Assembly: GCA_000092065.1 (NCBI GenBank)
Contig: CP000588.1
Strand: one strand, 5' to 3'
Source of the DNA: Ostreococcus lucimarinus
Lineage: Eukaryota
Length of the DNA: 64,000 nucleotides
This document shows, piece by piece, positions 60,123-64,000 of the stretch; position 1 is the first letter of the stretch; every line of letters begins with the position of its first letter. The translations under genes were made by a program, and so were the position numbers. Below the pieces are notes generated by a model, which saw only the letters and a list, made by a program, of their open reading frames with translations, was not told the origin of the DNA and ran no database searches.

Positions 60123-61937
60123 TCATGCCGCCTCGCGTTCCATCCAGTCCCCGCCGCTTCCACGAGACATGTCGTCTCGCAAGTCTTCATCCATCGCCTC
60201 ATCGCCTTCATCTTCATCGTCCGACATTGTCGCCGCAAATTCTGGGTTCCTAGTCTGCTCGAACTTTTCCAACGCCTTTTGAGCGATGACACAATCCGGT
60301 CGAATCGCCAAAGCGCGCGTGTAATACTTGACGCTCTCCGCCGTTTGCCGTGATAACATCAATGCCTGCGCTAGGCGGCAATACAGCTGAATGAGTTCAT
60401 CCTCATCCGAAGGTTGATAGTCGTCGAGCTGTCGCTGCAAAATCGCCCGAGCGACGTGTACTTTGCCTATTCTGATGTTCAACGCCGCGAGCGCTTTCAC
60501 GGCGCGCACGAGGCGCGGATTGTACGCGAGCGCCTGCTCGTACGCCTTGATCGCCTTGTCGTACTGGTCCTTGTTCTTCGCGTGGACGTCCCCGAGCAAG
60601 CTCCACGCGACCGCGTTTTGCGGACTTCGCTTGTGCGCCTGTCTGGCACACATCATAGCGTTCGCCATCGATCCCAACGCAAGATACGACTTGACCAATC
60701 CGTGGTAAGCCTTCATCGAAACCTTGATGGCGTTGCACTGATTAAACGCGCGGACGGCAGCCTTGTAGCGGTTACCTTTGAGATAAAGAGATCCCAACAC
60801 TAAATGTGCGACATGCGAGCGCGGATTTATTTGTACAGCCTTTTCCGCCGCGACGAGGGCGTCATCGCGACCGCTGTGATGCTCGCGACCGCTGAGCTTG
60901 GTGTCAAAGTATAGCGCCACGCACGTCCACGACTCCGCGGCGTGAGGCGTCAATCGTAACATCTCAGAGCTCAACGCCTCCAACGCGCGCTTCTCACCAA
61001 AGTCGTACAAAATCAATCCGTATTCGTCCATTCCTTCGACGAAGTGTGGATCCATCGCGCGTATAGCGGCGTATTCGCGAATCGCTGCGTCGACGTCTCT
61101 GCCATCGGCGGCGTCCGTGCGCGCTTTTACGCCCGCCACGTAGGGATCATATGGAAACGCGCGCGTCATTTGCGCCACAGCGTTTTGTGCGGTCACGTAA
61201 TCTTCCGCCTCTAACGCGCCGTACGCCGTGGTGTACGCCTCCAGAACTGCAAAATCTTCGCCCTCCGCCTCTGCGTCCGCCGCCGCCTTGCGAATCGCGT
61301 GTCGCGTATCCACCGCCTTCACCCCGAGCTCCGCCAGCGCGACCACGGCCTCGATCGCGAACGGCCACTTCACGAGCACCTCTTTGTACGCCATCACCGC
61401 CGCTCGATCGTGCCCTTCGCTCCGCGCGATTTTCGCCGCCAGCAGTCTATTCTCCAGCGTTCGCTTCGCCGCCGGCGTCTCCTCCAAGCACGCCATCGCC
61501 GCCTTCAGCGACTCCGCGCCTCCGATTCGCACCAACGCGCGCGCTAATTTCATCGACACCTCATCCGCGTCCACGCATTCGAACTTTCCACACGCGTTCG
61601 TCGTCTCTCTCGCGCGTTCGACTCGTCTCGCGAGCGCTCGCGCGCTTCTATACGCCGCCGCCCCCCCCCTGACGTCTCCTCTCCCCATCAGCGCGTCCCC
61701 CTTGACGACGAAATCGATCGCGTCTCGTCGCCATCCATCGCTCGTGCCTCCCGCCGCGCGCATCGCGCCTCCGTCGTCCATCTCGTGTCGCGCCAGCGCC
61801 AGAGAAATCCATCGCAGCGCGCTCTCGTGCGCGTTTTCGTCCATCGCGCGCATCGCGTTCGACGTGCACGCGTCGCGCAGCGCGCGTCGCTTCGCATCCG
61901 ACGCGTCGCCGTCTCGCGTCGCGTCCGCGCGCGCCAT
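60123..61937 (-). CDS. TPR-repeat protein, anaphase-promoting-complex TPR subunit-like (APC7/CDC16-like)
   Basis: Roughly 12 TPR-like helical repeats (AVAWSLLGDVHAKNKDQYDKAIKAYEQALAYNP ...) and an acidic C-terminus. The assignment to a specific subunit is tentative. The start at M 61937 avoids overlap with the divergent gene. Confidence 0.5.
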   Translation of the reverse strand: MARADATRDGDASDAKRRALRDACTSNAMRAMDENAHESALRWISLALARHEMDDGGAMRAAGGTSDGWRRDAIDFVVKGDALMGRGDVRGGAAAYRSARALARRVERARETTNACGKFECVDADEVSMKLARALVRIGGAESLKAAMACLEETPAAKRTLENRLLAAKIARSEGHDRAAVMAYKEVLVKWPFAIEAVVALAELGVKAVDTRHAIRKAAADAEAEGEDFAVLEAYTTAYGALEAEDYVTAQNAVAQMTRAFPYDPYVAGVKARTDAADGRDVDAAIREYAAIRAMDPHFVEGMDEYGLILYDFGEKRALEALSSEMLRLTPHAAESWTCVALYFDTKLSGREHHSGRDDALVAAEKAVQINPRSHVAHLVLGSLYLKGNRYKAAVRAFNQCNAIKVSMKAYHGLVKSYLALGSMANAMMCARQAHKRSPQNAVAWSLLGDVHAKNKDQYDKAIKAYEQALAYNPRLVRAVKALAALNIRIGKVHVARAILQRQLDDYQPSDEDELIQLYCRLAQALMLSRQTAESVKYYTRALAIRPDCVIAQKALEKFEQTRNPEFAATMSDDEDEGDEAMDEDLRDDMSRGSGGDWMEREAA

Positions 61938-62000
61938 GTCTCGTCGCGCGTCGCGCCGTCGAGTGCGGTTTCGAATCGCGACCGACAGACCGCGCCCGCC

Positions 62001-62576
62001 ATGGGCGCGAAGCGCGCGCCCGCCGCCTCGAGCGCGCCCGCGACGCGATTGCGACCGAGCGAGATATGGTACACGTTCGCCCGCGTGCGCGATCGCTTCA
62101 GCGGGTGCGGACGGACGCTGGAGGAGACGCTCGGAGAGATTCGCGACGGCGCGCTCGCGGTCGACGACCTGCCGACGATCGCCGTGGTGACGCACGACGT
62201 CGAGCGGGCGAGCGACGACGCGAGCGACGCGAGCGATGACGACGGCTCGGGCGGGCGACGGCGCGGAGGGAAGCGCGCGACGACGAGGTCGAGGACGGTG
62301 CGAAGGTACTACAGCATGAATAACCGGCGGTTGTGGGTGCTGAAGCGGTGCGAGGCGCTCGGACTGTGCGAGGACGTGCGCGTGCGCGTGGAGTCGCGAG
62401 AGGCGTGCGAACGGTTGTTGAGGAAGGGAAGTAGGAATTTTAGGGTGGATAGGTGCACGCCGGGACCGGTGAAGATCGTGGAGTCGGCGAAGAGGGAGGA
62501 ACGCGCGCCGGCGCCGGCGCCGGCGACGACGGACGAGGACGCGCCGGCGACGACGGACGAGGACGCGCCGGCGTAG
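62001..62576 (+). CDS. Hypothetical protein (191 aa)
   Basis: EIWYTFARVRDRFSGCGRTLEETL ... RYYSMNNRRLWVLKRCEALGLCEDVRVRVESREACERLLRKG and a C-terminal PATTDEDAPATTDEDAPA repeat. No family assigned. It lies head-to-head with the TPR gene, about 64 bp away. Confidence 0.35.
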   Translation: MGAKRAPAASSAPATRLRPSEIWYTFARVRDRFSGCGRTLEETLGEIRDGALAVDDLPTIAVVTHDVERASDDASDASDDDGSGGRRRGGKRATTRSRTVRRYYSMNNRRLWVLKRCEALGLCEDVRVRVESREACERLLRKGSRNFRVDRCTPGPVKIVESAKREERAPAPAPATTDEDAPATTDEDAPA

Positions 62577-62628
62577 CGAAATTGCGCGAATCGCTATGTT
62601 TGATTTATTTAAAGCTAGGTCTATCTCG

Positions 62629-64000
62629 CTAAAGGCCGCCGACGCAGACGTATTTCTGCTCGACGTACTCGTGAACGCCGTCCTTGCCGCCCTCGCGACC
62701 GATCCCGCTCTCCTTCGTCCCGCCGAACGGAGCTTGGGCGGTGGATATGGCGCCCGTGTTCACGCCCACGATACCAAAGTCAAGCTTTTCGCTAAAGTAA
62801 AACGTACGCTTGACGTCAGAGGTGTACACGTACGACGCTAAACCGGCGGTGGTGGCGTTGGCGATGCGAATGGCTTCGGCGTCGTCGACGAACGTCGTCA
62901 CCGCGGCGACAGGTCCGAACGTTTCTTCGCGCATCACCAGCATGTCTTCCGTGCACTTGGACAACACGGTCGGTTCATAAAAGCTACCGTGCGCGCGCTT
63001 GCCACCGGTGTGACACACCGCGCCTTTGCTCATCGCGTCGCGAACGTGCGAATCGACTTTTTCGGCGTGCGCGGCGTTGATCAACGGGCCTTGCGTGGCG
63101 TCTTCATTTTCCAAGCCATCGCCCATAACGAGCGCGCTCGCAGCGTCCGCGAGCTTTTGCACGAATTCAGCCTCCACGGACGCGTGCACGATGAAACGTT
63201 GCGCGCATACGCACGTTTGACCCGCGTTACGAAACTTGCTCGCCATCGCGCCCTGAACGGCGGCGTCCACGTCGGCGTCGGCGCACACCACAAACGGCGC
63301 GTTACCACCCAACTCCATGCTTACGCGCTTCACGGTGTCCGCACTCTGCTTCATCAATAACTTTCCCACGCGCGTGCTTCCGGTGAAGGTAATTTTTCGA
63401 ACGACGGGAGACTCGCACAGCGCCGCGCCTATCGCGCTCGGATCGCCCACGATGAATTGTAAAACACCATCCGGGCACCCAGCTTGCTCCGCGAGCACCC
63501 CGAGCGCAAACGCGCTCAGCGGCGTTTCTTCACTCGGCTTGACGACCATCGAACACCCCGCCGCGAGCGCCGCACCAGCTTTCCTCGTGATCATCGCCAA
63601 AGGAAAATTCCACGGTGTAATCGCCGCCGTCACGCCGACTGGTTGCTTCACAACCATGATTCTCGTCCCCGTCGACGACGAAGGCACGACATCACCGTAC
63701 ACGCGCTTCCCCTCTTCCGCGAACCACTCTAAAAACGATGCCGCGTACGCCACCTCTCCCCGGGACTCTATCAAAGGTTTGCCTTGTTCCGCCGTCATGA
63801 TTCTCGCCAAGTCCTCGGCGTTCGCCTCGACGAGCTCAAACCATCGTCTGATCACCTTTCCTCGCGCGTGCGCGCTGAATTCCGTCGCCCACACTTTCTG
63901 TGCGTCTTCGCTTCGCCTCAAGACGTCGGAAATCGCGGCGCGCGGCGTGGAGAGCACCGTCGCGAGCGTCGCGTTTGTAGCCGGGTTCTTCACCTCGAAC
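62629..64000 (-). CDS. SSADH: Succinate-semialdehyde dehydrogenase (ALDH5/GabD-like), N-terminus cut off by the window end
   Basis: ALDH motifs VSMELGGNAPFVV (catalytic Glu), NAGQTCVCAQRF (catalytic Cys), PWNFP and the GabD-like N-terminus MKNPATNATLATV. The ORF runs to the window edge. Confidence 0.88.
   Translation of the reverse strand, partial: FEVKNPATNATLATVLSTPRAAISDVLRRSEDAQKVWATEFSAHARGKVIRRWFELVEANAEDLARIMTAEQGKPLIESRGEVAYAASFLEWFAEEGKRVYGDVVPSSSTGTRIMVVKQPVGVTAAITPWNFPLAMITRKAGAALAAGCSMVVKPSEETPLSAFALGVLAEQAGCPDGVLQFIVGDPSAIGAALCESPVVRKITFTGSTRVGKLLMKQSADTVKRVSMELGGNAPFVVCADADVDAAVQGAMASKFRNAGQTCVCAQRFIVHASVEAEFVQKLADAASALVMGDGLENEDATQGPLINAAHAEKVDSHVRDAMSKGAVCHTGGKRAHGSFYEPTVLSKCTEDMLVMREETFGPVAAVTTFVDDAEAIRIANATTAGLASYVYTSDVKRTFYFSEKLDFGIVGVNTGAISTAQAPFGGTKESGIGREGGKDGVHEYVEQKYVCVGGL

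Overview
This window is a chromosome end from a GC-rich, gene-dense eukaryotic nuclear genome (about 65-68% GC). It opens with about 21 copies of CCCTAAA, the C-strand of a plant-type TTTAGGG telomere, followed by degenerate subtelomeric repeats. The first gene, a malate dehydrogenase, starts about 560 bp from the telomere repeats. The gene content points to a green alga, probably a Mamiellales prasinophyte such as Micromonas. Evidence for this is a plant-type vacuolar sorting receptor with a YMPL tail, and thylakoid or plastid proteins including a PsbP-domain protein with a twin-arginine signal, a TL29/ascorbate-peroxidase-like protein, SufB, Mg-chelatase ChlD, an LTD-like ankyrin protein and a D27 isomerase.

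About 45 protein genes are packed head-to-head and tail-to-tail, with intergenic gaps of roughly 50-400 bp. Most are single-exon. I reconstructed short introns of about 105-155 nt in three genes from frame breaks: histone H3 (two introns), LSm8 and the TL29-like gene. These introns share GTGCGY or GTACGT donors and a CTGAC branch site about 28-30 nt before a CAG acceptor.

There is no prokaryote-style system such as an operon, CRISPR array or defence island. Many long Arg/Pro/Ala-rich ORFs in the six-frame track lie antisense to or overlapping real genes. These are composition artefacts of GC-rich DNA and I did not call them.

The features worth a second look are:
- a 120-bp near-perfect inverted duplication of the MDH 3' end, 8.2 kb away;
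- a SprT/Spartan-like domain whose catalytic Glu is replaced (HGMTH) inside a 1300-aa membrane protein;
- a lower-GC island at 49.4-51.6 kb carrying a scramblase gene, a compositionally atypical 137-aa ORF and a repeat-rich element that may be a MITE;
- conserved motifs at intron ends that suggest introner-like elements;
- a promoter minisatellite.
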